64,000 bases of DNA, taken from Malacoraja senta. Taxonomy: Eukaryota. Of the stretch, positions 40,705 to 53,072 are shown piece by piece (the stretch's first letter is position 1; every line of letters begins with the position of its first letter). Position numbers and translations under genes: made by a program. A model generated the notes under the pieces. It saw only the letters and a list, made by a program, of their open reading frames with translations, ran no database searches and was not told where the DNA came from. The DNA is taken from positions 2,482,001 through 2,546,000 of the forward strand of contig CM075996.1 in the NCBI GenBank assembly GCA_038087875.1, written 5' to 3'.

Positions 40705-40970
40705 TGTAAAAACACACACACGCACGCGTGTGTCTGTATAAATCGTAGTTTTTGTAATCCATGTATAGCCGATTAAAAAAATATATATATATATACACAT
40801 ATTAATGCATATATACACATGCGCGCACACACGTGTGTGCGTGTGTATATATATGCATGTATATGTGTGTATATATATATTTATAATATATGTATGTATA
40901 TGTGGTGTATGTATATATGTGTGGTGTATGTATATGTGTGTGTATGAATGATGTGCGTATGTATGTATAT
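40705..40970. repeat. Degenerate (CA)/(TA)/(TG) low-complexity tract
   Basis: Directly visible. Confidence 0.9.
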
Positions 40971-42595
40971 AGCACAACTTCCTGTAATATTGAGAAATTA
41001 ATATTTTTCATAGCGTCAGAACTAACTCTGATTTAAAAAATGACAACTTGGGATCAATTATGTCAAGAGTGTTTTATTGACATATGTCCCAGGTAGAACA
41101 ATGACATTCTTACTTCCAGCAGCAAGTTTGTGCTGCAGAGTGAGTAGATGAGACTTGTGTGAATTGGATGATAGGATCTCCACAATGCAGGACGCCCACA
41201 GTACTACGACAGTGTAGCAATCTATATTTTTCTACTGATCACTGGAGTCCTAGGCAATATTTTTTTTTTCTGGCAACATTACCAAACATGTTATTTAGTC
41301 ATTATGATATTATTGTTTATGGGAGCTTGCTTTGCAAACCAGCTGGTGTGCTTGTGTCGTTAGATCAGTGACACCACGGGGAGGTTCTTAATTAGATAGA
41401 AAAGTGCTCCGCACTTAATGACATTAAGTTAAATGCTAGCCTTTATATTCTTTAATATGATTTTAACCAATTCAACACAAACAAAATCCAAGTGTTGAAT
41501 TTGTACACTATCAGTCAGGAGACTTGCTTTTTATAAAGCGCAGTGATTAAATGAATCTTTTGAAGAGATTTTCATGACTAAGGATGTGTGGCTGCATTGC
41601 CCATTTGTCGAGAAATATCTTTTCCACAAGATAACTGAGACCTGTTTGCGTGTTTTTTGAATCCTGAAGTTGCTTGACTGGACCTACCCTTATTCTCGGT
41701 AGCTTCACTAGCTCCAGCCAAATCTTCTTCCCACGGTCCAGGCAAAATTTGGGTATTCACCGCGTGTGTGTGGACGGTCTGTTCAGAGACCCCATATACG
41801 AACATCAATGTGGGGGGTTCATCTTGCCAGCATATGTGTTACTCTAGTCCCATATTCTGCATTGGTCCCGTTTTCATTTTGGAACAATTTTCTGAAGAAA
41901 GTCTCGACTCGAAACGTCACCTATTCCTTTCTCCCAGAGATGCTGCCTGACCCGCTGAGTTACTCCAGCATTTTTGTCTGCCTTCCACCATTCTGTGTGT
42001 TATCTTAATATTTTCTTGATCCATTAATTCTGTAAATGGTGCCTCCTAATTGGTTTTGATTTTTATTTCCCCCCTTTCCATTATTGATGTTAAAGCTTAA
42101 TTATCATAACAATATATTGTTTTGTTTATTTGTTGGGGGAACCTTCGATTTTGGTGTTTGGTGAAAAATTATTCAAGGTCTGTAGCGTAAGTGAGAAGTC
42201 CCCACTGGAGCTGTCCCATTGAACTGGGCCATAGCTTCAAGATCCCTCTGCAGATTTGAGTTAATCATTTGAATCTTCTGAACTAATATTGCTTTGACAG
42301 ATGTTAACTTGCATCTTTAAGGCTCCAGCTGTCTATTTAGGTGAACATTGAATTATATGCTGTGCTAAAAGAGGAAGCAGAAAATGAGCCCCTTTCCCTG
42401 GCTCAAATGCCGACCTCATTTCTCAGAGCTAAGGCAAATTTCAGTTATCGGCAAACTAGTAGCTATATTTACTCCTAATCACCCAGTGAGTGCACTTTAA
42501 CAGCATTCATTGTTCATGAAGCTTTCGAATATCCTTTGCAGTTATTTATTTGTTCATGGCATGCGGTCACTGCTGGCATGAATTGCTGCTGAGAA

Positions 42596-43188
42596 CAGAG
42601 GCAGAGATAGATAGATTCTTGATTAGTACAAGTGTCAGAGGTTTCTGGGGAGAAGGCAGGAGAATGGGGTTAGGAGGGAGAGATAGATCAGCCATGATTG
42701 AATGGCGGAGTAGACTTGATGGGCCGAGTGGACTAATTCTACTATTCCTTATGACAATAGAGAATAGGTGCAGGAGTAGGCCCTTCGAGCACATTCAATG
42801 TGATCATGGCTGATCATCCCCAATCAGTACCCCGTTCCTGCCTTCTCCCCAGATTCCCTGACTCCGCTATCTTTAAGACCCCTATCAAGCTCTCTCTTGA
42901 AAGTATCCAGAGAACCGGCCTCCACACCCTCTGAGGCAGAGAATTCCACAGACTCACCACTCTCTGTGAGAAAAAGTGTTTCCTCGTCTCCGTTCTAAAT
43001 GGCTTACCCCTTATTCATAAACTGTGGCCCCTGGTTCTGGACCCTCAACATCGGGAACATGTTTCCTGCCTCTAGCGTGTCCAAACCCCTAACAATCTTA
43101 TATGTTTTAATAAGATTCCCTCTCATCCTTCTAAACTCCAGAGTGTACAAGCCCAGCCGCTCCATTCTCTCAGCATATGACCTTATGA
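42596..43188. mobile_element. Plus-strand CR1 tail with a minus-strand CR1 (42755-43180) inserted into it
   Basis: CCTTATGA is duplicated at 42747-42754 and 43181-43188. Confidence 0.8.
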
Positions 43189-43810
43189 ACTGGGGAGGAA
43201 TTAAGAGTTAACACCATCCATGGCGATCCAAGATGGGGCCTAAGTCAGGCTACTCTTTGTGTGTTAGTCAGAGAAGTGGATCTGCAATCATACATTACAA
43301 TGGCTCCACTCTAAATCTGTACTATCTGTGCACTGTGGACGGCTCGATTGTAATCATGTATTGTCTTTCCACTCATTGGTTAGCATGCAACGAAAGCTTT
43401 ATAGTGTATCTCGGTAATAGACAATAGGTGCAGGAGTAGGCCATTCGGCCCTTCGAGCCAGCACTGCCATTCAATGTGATCATCGCTGACAATAAAGTGA
43501 CAATAAACTAAACTCAAAACTCATTGGTAAATCTAGAGTCAGATATAAGCTAAAAACAGCAGACTTCCTTCTCATGAAGCAGGTGAACAATCTGATAGAT
43601 TAAAAAAAAAATATCACTGTTACTGAAACATTTTTTAACATGGATTTACATTCCCCAGCTGTTAAAGGGATCCGAACACTTCCTACTGAATCAGTGGTCC
43701 AGGCCTCGCCGACCGCAGGGCATTGTAGAAGTGTAACCTTGATAGCAGTACGGTGTGAATCGGTGAAATTGCACCTCCTAATTTCTCTGTCTCTGCCTCC
43801 CTCTACTCAG

Positions 43811-43923
43811 CAACACTCTAACGCGTCCCAGTCTCTCTGTGACATCATCCGACTAAGCCGAGAGCAAATGATCCAAATTCAGGACAGTCCCGAACCAGAC
43901 CAGCTGCTCGCTACACTTGAGAA
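43811..43923 (+). CDS. PPP6R1: PPP6R1 coding exon 5
   Basis: ctcag|CAA...AA|gtaagc, 113 nt. [38 protein letters not shown], a PPP6R1-type sequence. Confidence 0.96.
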
Positions 43924-44601
43924 GTAAGCTTCATGATTTTTGTTTCAATTTGAGGCTGTGGTATCGCTTTTGAGATTGTGTTCTTCACTGGGTTAGTATG
44001 TCCTTAATGAACAGCGTCGTTGCTGAACATAAAATCTCAGCAAACAGGGTAATCATTTTGCTTTCATTGATGGGATGTCACAAGCTTTGTCCATCTTTAC
44101 GAAGGTGGTGCTGTAGTTTTCCTGAACTGCTGCAATCTATGTGTTCGAAGTTGGATGGTGCTCTTGGATCTAGATCAAATGACTGAAGAAATAGCTGTAT
44201 ATGTTCCAGTTTGGAGAGAAACCACGGGTTTGGGAGCCTCTGAAAGAAGCCGAGATAAGAAACTGCAAATACTTTCATAGGATAGGCAAAAATAAGCTTT
44301 GTGGCTTCAGCCTATTCCTTTTTTCGGTCACTGATTATGTGAACGTTGTGTGAAATGGATACAGTGTTGGTTCATATTCACACAGATTGTAAAGTTTTGT
44401 TCTTTTTAATGTATAACCAAAATAAACCATTCATTCATTCAGATGGTTTAGTGGTGGATCTGCAGTTCCTTGTGTCCCAACTGAGAATTCGGCACGAGTG
44501 CTGCAAATTTGGAGCAGTGTTTTTCCGGACCTAGCTGCTATGTTTCTGCAGTGTTAGATTTTTTTTTAACATCACAACCTCTATTTGATTTGCCTCCTCA
44601 G

Positions 44602-44715
44602 GCAGGAGACTATCAAACAGCTGCTAGGCAACATGTTTGAGGGCGAGAAGAATGAATCGGTGATTGTTAACGGGATCCAGGTATTGCTGACGCTGTTGGA
44701 AACACGCAGACCCCG
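44602..44715 (+). CDS. PPP6R1: PPP6R1 coding exon 6
   Basis: ctcag|G CAG...CG|gtatgt, 114 nt. [38 protein letters not shown]. Confidence 0.95.
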
Positions 44716-45036
44716 GTATGTATGTTGAAAACCAGGCGCGGCGCGTAAATTCACATCGCTCTGAAACTCCTGCTGCTTCCGTGAATTTTGATGTTTCAAA
44801 TTTTGTGGTTTTTAACATATAAAACTATGCGCGTGGGCAGAAGCAGTGGGCGTTAGTGTCCCCCGTCCCATGAATTTTAGATGAACAAAGTTCAAGTTTG
44901 ACCACCTAAGGGAAGCCAGTCATTGTAACACCCTGGGGCGCCGCGCGATGGCAGCCTCGCCAACAGTTTGTCTGTCTTTTCGTCTTTTTTTTGTTATTTT
45001 CAGTGTGTTTTAAAAGTGTCAATATGTCTTCCCTAG

Positions 45037-45202
45037 GTCTGATCTGGGTGGTATGAGTGGGCTTTTCTGCAATATCGATGGGCAGATGGATCTGTGCCCC
45101 CCAGGAATGGACCATGCCTGTAGCCAGGTTAGCACGGGAACCCTCCAGGCCATCAAGCTGAGGCTGCAAGACTTCCATCAGCTCCTCCTTGACCCACCAA
45201 AG
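45037..45202 (+). CDS. PPP6R1: PPP6R1 coding exon 7
   Basis: cctag|G TCT...AAG|gtaggc, 166 nt. SDLGGMSGLFCNIDGQMDLCPPGMDHACSQVSTGTLQAIKLRLQDFHQLLLDPPK. Confidence 0.92.
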
Positions 45203-46600
45203 GTAGGCCGGAAGATAATTTTATGACGAGGTCCAGAGCTTTATTTCTACATTTCCAGATTACCTTATCATCATCTGCTTTGATCTGTCGTTTTCCCACC
45301 TTGCCCTTCCATACCTCTAGACTCACTCTTCCCTGACTCTCAGTCTGAAGAAGGGTCCCGACCTGAAACGTCGCCCATTCCTTCTCTCCAGAGATGCTGC
45401 CTGTCCCGCTGAGTTACTCCAGCTATTTGTGTTTATCTCCAGAGCTCTTCAACTTGTGCGTGCATAATAGACAATAGACAATAGGTGCAGGAGTAGGCCA
45501 TTTGGCCCTTTGAGCCAGTACCCCCATTCTATGTGATCATGGCTGATCATCCCCAATCAGTACCTCGTTCCTGCCTTCTCCCCATATCCCCTGACTCCGC
45601 TATTTTTAAGATCCCTATCTAGCTCTCTCTTGAAAACATCCAGCTAACCGGCCTCCACCGCCCTCTGAGGCAGAGTAGACTGTTATGTGGCCGTGAAGAA
45701 CTGGAAAAGCCCATTGTGCACCCCATCCTGTCTTGATTTCATCTTGATTCCATAATCCTTGACGCTCTTGATTCAAGACCAAGCGATACGCTGGAGATTA
45801 AGGACAGAGGTTGACGAGAGACTTGATAGAAGTACATAAAATTACGAGAGGCGTAGGTAGGGTCGACGGTCAGTATATCTCCAAAGACCTACAGTTTGTA
45901 GGTTAATTGGCTTGGTGTAAATGTAAATTGTCCCTAGTGTGTGTAGGAGAGTGTTAGTGTGTGGGGATCGCTGGTCGGCGCAGACTCGGTGGGCCGAAGG
46001 GCCTGATTCCGCGCTGTATCTCTAAACTAAACTAAATCTTTTTCCCTGGGTGGAAATGTCCAACACTAAAAATGCATGGCTATAATGTGAGTGGGGAAAG
46101 TTTAATGGAGATGTGTGGGGCAAGATTTTTACACAGAGAGTGGTGAGGCCTGGGACGCGTTGCTCGGGGTGGTGGTGGAGGCAGATACCACAGTGACGTT
46201 CAAGAGGCTTTTATATAGGCACAGATCTTTAGCATTTCCACACTGGGGATAAAGTTCTGACTGTCTACCATCTTTCTCCCTCTTGAATGAATGAATGAAT
46301 AAGTTTATTGGCCAAGTATATTCACATACAAGGAATTTGCCTTGGTGCTCCACCCGCAAGTGACAACATGACATACAGTGATAGTGAGTGTATGTAGTTC
46401 TATCAGATTTCCCCTCAAACCCTGGCATCTCAACAGGACCTATTGACTAATAACAGTTTGAGAGCAATGGGCTCCCTCCTCTCCCTTTCATGCAGAGGGC
46501 ATGAAAAAGTCTCATAATTGGACTCTAAAGGATGGTGGGTGTTTGGAATAAGCAGCCAGAGGAGGTGTTTGAGGCAAGGGCAATCCCATCATTTAAGAAA

Positions 46601-47150
46601 CAATAGACGATAGGTGCAGGAGTAGGCCATTCGGCCCTTCGAGCCAGCACCGCCATTCAATCTGATCATGCCCAATCAGTACCCCGTTCCTGCCCTCTCT
46701 CCATATCCCCTGACTCCGCTATTTTTAAGAGCCCTATCTAGCTCTCTCTTGAAAGCATCCAGAGAACCTGCCTCCACCGCCCTCTGAGGCAGAGAATTCC
46801 ACAGACTCACCACTTGCTGTGAGAAAAAGTGTTTCCTCGTCTCCGTTCTAAATGGCTTACTCCTTATTCTTAAACTGTAGCCCCTGGTTCTGGACCCCCA
46901 ACATCGGGAACAGGTTTCCTGCCTCTAGCATGTCCAAGCCCTTAACAATCTTATATGTTTCAATAAGATTCCCTCTCATCCTTCTAAACTCCAGAGTGTA
47001 CAAGCCCAGCTGCTCCATTCTCTCAGCATATGACAGTCCCGCCATCCAGGGAATTAACCTTGTAAACCTACGCTGCACTTCCTCAATAGCAAGAATGTCC
47101 TTCCTCAAATTAGCGGACCAAAACTGCACACAATACTCCAGGTGTGGTCT
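46601..47150 (-). mobile_element. CR1 LINE 3' fragment nested in another CR1
   Basis: QFWSANLRKDILAIEEVQRRFTRLIP...LEFRRMRG. Confidence 0.9.
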
Positions 47151-47399
47151 CAGTTAGACAGGTACATGGATAGGACAGGTTTGGAGTGATATGCACCAAG
47201 CGCAGCCAGCTGGGACATGTTGGCCGGTGTGGGCAAGTTGGGCCGAAGGGCCTGTTTCCATGCTGTATCACTCTATAACTCTAATTACTAACGGACACTT
47301 GGAAAAAAAACAGCTTCTGAATGGAGACAACGCAGGTTTTATTTTGTGGCCTCATTCTTGCCTCAGCATATATATTTTTTCTATTTCTTCTTTTCGTAG

Positions 47400-47551
47400 A
47401 AAAATAAAATGGTGACGACCTGGGGCACCCTGGATCCACCACTGGGAAACACACGGCTTCATGTGGTCAAACTCGTCACTAGCATCTTGCAGGTGAACAA
47501 CGGCATTGTGAATCAAGAGTTGATGGAGTTAACACACTGGACGTTCTTCTG
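47400..47551 (+). CDS. PPP6R1: PPP6R1 coding exon 8 (1 nt short; -1 frameshift at ~47531)
   Basis: cgtag|AAA...TG|gtgagt, 152 nt. KNKMVTTWGTLDPPLGNTRLHVVKLVTSILQVNNGIVNQELMEL, then TTA AC ACA CTG GAC GTT CTT CTG, which gives (N)TLDVLL only if one A is restored. Confidence 0.93.
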
Positions 47552-48407
47552 GTGAGTATGAGGTGGTCTCTCCTGTACTGCCCATTGCAGAAACAAGTAA
47601 TCGAATGAAACTAATCCATGTTCTAACATAAGCAGAGAGTGTACTGCATAAGTTCCATAAAATACCATCTTTGGGACTGAGTAAAATCAATTTCCCTGTT
47701 GAAGAAGGACCCGTGTAGCATTTTCAAAAAAAGCTGGATGATTTCTTGAAAAGGAGAACATTACAAAGCCATGATATGTATTATCTATTCAAGGCACAAG
47801 AAACTGATGAATAATACAGTGACACTAGTGTAGTTCTCATTGTGTACAAAATCATGAGAGGAATAGATCGGGTCTCTTGCCCAGAGTAGGGGAATCGAGG
47901 ACCAGAGGACACGGGTTCAAGGTGAAGGGGAAAAGATTTAATAGGAATCTGAGGGGTAACTTGTTCACACAAAGGGTGGTGGGTGTATGGAACAAGCTGC
48001 CAGAGGAGGTAGTTGAGGCTGGGACTATCCCATCGTTTAAGAAACAGTTAGACAGGTACAGGTGCTGCCTGAGTTGCCCCATCTAAGCTCATACTATTTT
48101 CCTGTATTTGGCCATATTCCTCTAAACCTTTCTTGTACATGTACCTGCCCAAATATCTTTTAATTGTTGTTATAGTACCTGCCTCAATCACCTCCTCTGG
48201 CAGCTCGCTCCATATACCTACCACCCTCTGTGTGAAAAAGTTATCCCTCAGGTTCATATTAAAACTTTCCCCTCTTATGTTAAAATTATGCCCTCTAGTT
48301 CTTGATCCCCCTACCCTGGTTAAGGACTACATTCACCTATCTATTCCCCTCAAGATTTTATACACCTCTATGAGATCAACCCCACCCCCCACCCTGTGTC
48401 AGTCTAA

Positions 48408-48611
48408 TGGGCCTGTCCCACTTAGGCGATTTTTCAGGCGACTGTCAAGTTGAAAAATTCATGGCGACCATAATGAGGCCGCAACTAGTTCCCAGAATGC
48501 GGGAACTCCTCACGACCATGAAGGCAACTCCCCTGCAACCACCCGCGAACATGTGGCGACCACATAGTCTCCTGCAGTCGCCTAAAAAGTCGCCTAAGTG
48601 GGACAGGCCCT
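48408..48611. mobile_element. Harbinger-like MITE inside a CR1 fragment
   Basis: TIR GGGCCTGTCCCACTTAGGCGA and its reverse complement; TAA/CAA flanks. Confidence 0.82.
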
Positions 48612-49219
48612 CAAGGAATGAAGTAGCAGCCTGCCCAACCTCCCCCTTATAGCTCAGGGCAAGTTTAGTGTTGTTTAGTTTATCATTGTCATGTGTACTG
48701 AGATACAACAAGAAGCTTTTGTTTGAATGCTATCCAGTCAAAGAAAAGACTATACAACCAAGCCGTCCACAGTGCAAGGATAGAGGATAAAGGGTAACAC
48801 CCAGTGTAAGATATAACAATGAAGTCCAATGAAGTCTGATTAAAGATGGTTCAAAGTCTCCAATGAGTTAGGTGGGAGGTCAGGACTGCTCTCCACTGAT
48901 CACAGGACCGTTCTGATGTCTGATAAAAGCTGGGACGAAACTCTCTGAATCTGAAAGGTGTGCCTTTTCAAATTTCTGTATCTCTTGCCTAATGGGAGAG
49001 GGGAGAAGTGGGAGTTACCAGGGGTGAGACTGGTCCTTGATTATGGCCTTGCCGAGACAGCGTGAAGTGTAGATGTGGTCAATGGAAGGGAGGTTGGTTC
49101 GTGCGACTGGTCTGGGAAACACTCCGCAATTTCTTGACCAGTTGACCGGTTGTCATAATCCTACCTTTGTGTGTTTTCTTTCCACTCTACACCCATATTC
49201 GTTATTTTTCTGTCACCAG

Positions 49220-49388
49220 GATCTCTTCTTCAAATACGTTTGGAATAACTTCCTTCACTTGCAAGTGGAGCTGTGTATCAGCACGGCACTGGGCAACCCT
49301 CCAGCAGAAGATAGCACTGAAAGTAACATGGAAAAGCACACTGAGAACAACTTTTGAGTCCACTCAAGATAACACACTCATCAGACAT
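49220..49388 (+). CDS. PPP6R1: PPP6R1 coding exon 9 (1 nt long; +1 frameshift, probably at TTTT 49352-49355)
   Basis: accag|GAT...CAT|gtatgt, 169 nt. DLFFKYVWNNFLHLQVELCISTALGNPPAEDSTESNMEKHTENNF reaches TGA; the shifted frame gives ESTQDNTLIRH up to the donor. Confidence 0.92.
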
Positions 49389-50503
49389 GTATGTAAACTG
49401 TGATTAACCAAGAGGCGTGCGTTTATTAAATGCATAATAATCAGACTGCTGCGAAGCTTGTGTTGGAAGGGACTGCAGATGCTGAAGATGGACACAAAAA
49501 TGATGGAGTAACTCAGCGGGACAGGCAGCATCTCTGGACAGAAGGAATGGGCGAGACCCTTCTTCAGACAGAGTCAGGGGAGAGGGAGATAAGGAAGTTA
49601 AGGTGTGAGAACGAGACGTCAAAGGCAATGAAGGTCTAGGAAAATGTAGATCATTGTGGAATTCTCTGCCTGTCTGTGGAATTCTCTGCCTCAGAGGGCG
49701 GTGGAGGGCGGCGGTTCTCTGGATGCTTTCAAGAGAGAGCTAGATAGGGCTCTTAAAGATAGCGGAGTCAGGGGATATGGGGAGAAGGCAGGAACGGGGT
49801 GCTGATTGGGGATGATCAGCCATGATCACATTGAATGGCGGTCGAAGGGCCAAATGGCCTACTCCGGCACCTATTGTCTATTGTTAACTAGGAGAAGGTG
49901 ACAACAAAGCAAACAGATCAAATGTAATCAGGGGGACAGTCGGACTGGTCGGAGAACTGGGGAGGGATGGAGATTTTCAGTGGGGATTAACCAGAGATGG
50001 TGGCTCAGGATGGGGCAGGCCTGGCATTGGTGGCAAGGGTATGTTTTTGTGGGAGAACCAAAGTCTTTGTGTGACGTTTCACTTGAGGCATGTGTGGTCC
50101 ACGTGGGTATGTCAGAAAGGCCAGGCAGATACCCCAGAGGCAGCAACAGGATCAGTAGAGCAGGTGGTCAAGTCAAGTCAAGTGAGTTTATTGTCATGTG
50201 TCCCTGGTAGGACAATGAAATTCTTGCTTTGCTTGAGCACAACAGAACATAGTAGGCATTTACTACAAGGCATTCTATAAATATATACACAATGGTCAAT
50301 ATACTGATAAAGTGCAAATAACAGTATTGGCTAGTAAAGTTCAGTGTTATGTCCGAGCCAGGTTTAATAGCCTGATGGCTGTGGGGAAGTAGCTGTTCCT
50401 GAACCTGGTCGTTGCAGGTGGTGAAGTAGAGTTGGGTGTTCTCAGCGTACATGCGCACCTCGAGTTTCTGATCTTTAATCCATTTTTTTCTTTTCCACGT
50501 CAG

Positions 50504-50568
50504 CTCTTCGAGAAGTGCCAGTTGATGCACAGAGTAGTGTCCGCCTGGGAGGAAAATGAAAAAATCCA
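50504..50568 (+). CDS. PPP6R1: PPP6R1 coding exon 10
   Basis: gtcag|CTC...CA|gtaagt, 65 nt. LFEKCQLMHRVVSAWEENEKIQ. Confidence 0.93.
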
Positions 50569-50582
50569 GTAAGTATCCAGTA

Positions 50583-50870
50583 ACGGGCCATTCGGCCCAA
50601 CGAGTCCATGCCAACCAGCGATCACCCCTTTACACTAACACTATCGTACATGCTGAGGACTTTTTTTAAAACAATTTTTACCGAAGCCAATCTGCAAACA
50701 ATTTTTACCAAAGCCAATCTACAAACCTGCACGTCTTTGGAGTGTTGGAGGAAACCGGAGCACCCGGAGAAAACCCACCTGGTCACAGGGAGAACTCTGT
50801 ACATGCAGCATCTGTAGTCAGGATGGAACCCGGGTCTCTGCCGCTGTAAGGCGGCTGCCGCTGTGCCGCC
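50583..50870 (-). mobile_element. HE1-like SINE starting 15 nt after the exon 10 donor
   Basis: Reverse-complement SINE body. Confidence 0.78.
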
Positions 50871-51680
50871 CAAAGTTGTTTCCATTTGTGCTCGCTCAGG
50901 CTTTTGGTTGCATTGCCAACATCACGCTGGGAGTGGTGTACGGGCGAAATGAAGAGCGCAGAAAGCAGAAAATTACAGTGTACTTAAAATGGATCAATTA
51001 AGTAAAACCACTTGCAATGATGCACGTTCTGGGAAGAAATAAAAATTGCCTTTGCATCTGTTTTATATGGAAATCTAAAAATAGGATCACGTGAAAGTTG
51101 CTAATTTAGATCCATGGAATAAATTGCAAAGAGGACTTGGGTATGTTGAACCCTATGACAGATGGTTAATCTGCTTGAGTTTGAATTGCTCCATCCACTC
51201 AGAACTGCCCCAAGGACTGTTGGCTCTCTGTAGCATCTGGCAACTGAATCATCCTACCACAACCAGAGAGCAGTCCTAAACTATTATCTACCTCAGCAGA
51301 GACCCTTGAACTATCCTTGGTCGGACTTTGCTGGCTTTGCCTTGCACTAAACGTTATTCCCTTATGTATCTACACACGGTAATAGCTCGATTGTAATCAT
51401 GTATTGTCTTGCCGCTGACTGGATAGCACACAACAAGTGCTTTTCACTGTACCTCGGTAAACTTGACAATAAACTAAACTGAAACTGAAATCTGAAACAT
51501 TCAAGGTGCCATTCTGGTCCATAGCCACTCTTTGAAGGGGCTGCCTAGTTAATGCAGTCACGGCATTGCTCGTCACTACCGTGCCCCTCCCTCCCCCCCT
51601 TCCCTCTCTCCATCTCCCTCCCCCCTCTCTCCACCCCCCCCCCTCCCTCCCGGAAAGATTTTGGCCATCTCTTTAATTTT

Positions 51681-52010
51681 GGGTGGCACAGGGCGGTCAC
51701 AGTGGCGCAGCGGTAGAGTTGCTGCCTTACAGCAAATGCAGCGCCAGAGACCCGGGTTTGATCCCGACTACGGGTGCTGCCTGTACGGAGTTTGTACCTT
51801 CTCCCCGTGACCTGCGAGGGTTTTCTCCGAGATCTTCGGTTTCCTCCCACACTCCAAAGACGTACAGGTTTGTAGGTTAATTGGCTTGGTAAATGTAAAA
51901 ATTGTCCCTACTGGGTGTAGCGGAGTGTTAATGTGTGGGGATCGCTGGTCGGCGCGGACCCGTTGGGCCGAAGGGCCTGTTTCCATGCTGTACCTCTAAA
52001 CTAAACTAAA
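51681..52010 (+). mobile_element. Near full-length HE1-like V-SINE
   Basis: A box TGGCGCAGCGG at 51703, B box GGGTTTGATCC at 51754, V-domain, (CTAAA)n tail. Confidence 0.9.
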
Positions 52011-52205
52011 ATTCCCTTTTGAATGTTGTCATTAAATCCACTTCCTCTGTCCTTTCGGGAAGCGCAACCCATGTTGCAATGTCGAAGATTTCTTCTCATC
52101 CCCATTCGCATTAGCGTGGGAGGAAGCAAGAACTCGGGTTGCTTCATAGAAGTATTTGAGTTAATAATCTGTCTCATTTGTATTCTGCTTGCCTTTGCTC
52201 TTTAG

Positions 52206-52321
52206 GTCAGAAGGTGGTAGGCGGAAAGGGTACATGGGCCATTTAACAAGAATAGCAAATGCCATGGCACAGAACTCGGAAAATGGTCCTAACCAAACTT
52301 CGATAGCACAGCTGATCAAAG
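52206..52321 (+). CDS. PPP6R1: PPP6R1 coding exon 11
   Basis: tttag|G TCA...AAA G|gtaatt, 116 nt. SEGGRRKGYMGHLTRIANAMAQNSENGPNQTSIAQLIK, containing the conserved SAPS GYMGHLT motif. Confidence 0.96.
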
Positions 52322-52569
52322 GTAATTCATAATCGGTCGTCTGACGGTAGAAATCAATATCCAAACTGAGAATCTGTTGATAGACACGGAGTGCTGGAGG
52401 AACTCAGCGGGTCAGACACCATCTCTGGAGAAAAGTGATAGGCGACGTTTCGGGTCGAGACTCTTCTTCAGACTGTCTGTCGTTAATTTGTGCTCCTTCC
52501 ACCTGTTCTACACTTGAGTTCATCAGCTCCTTGCCTCAACAGTAACTACTTTAATTCTAGAGCACTTAT

Positions 52570-53072
52570 CATAGAAACATAGAAATTAGGTGCAGGAGTA
52601 GGCCATTCGGCCCTTCGAGCCTGCACCGCCATTCAATATGATCATGGCTGATCATCCAACTCAGTATCCCGTACCTGCCTTCTCTCCATACCCTCTGATC
52701 CCTTTAGCCACAAGTGCCACATCTAACTCCCTCTTAAATATAGCCAATGAACTGGCCTCGACTACCCTCTGTGGCAGAGAGTTCCAGAGATTCACCACTC
52801 TCTGTGTGAAAAAAGTTCTTCTCATCTCGGTTTTAAAGGATTTCCCCCTTATCCTTAAGCTGTGACCCCTTGTCCTGGACTTCCCCAACATCGGGAGCAA
52901 TCTTCCTGCATCTAGCCTGTCCAACCCCTTAAGAATTTTGTACGTTTCTATAAGATCCCCTCTCAATCTCCTAAATTCTAGAGAGTATAAACCAAGTCTA
53001 TCCAGTCTTTCTTCATAAGACAGTCCAGACATCCCAGGAATCAGTCTGGTGAACCTTCTCTGCACTCCCTCA
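52570..53072 (-). mobile_element. CR1 LINE 3' fragment
   Basis: IEGVQRRFTRLIPGMSGLSYEERLDRLGLYSLEFRRLRGDLIETYKIL. Confidence 0.92.

Noticed and set aside
51691..51770. tRNA gene
   Set aside because: The A and B boxes are the head of a multi-copy SINE and continue into the V-domain.
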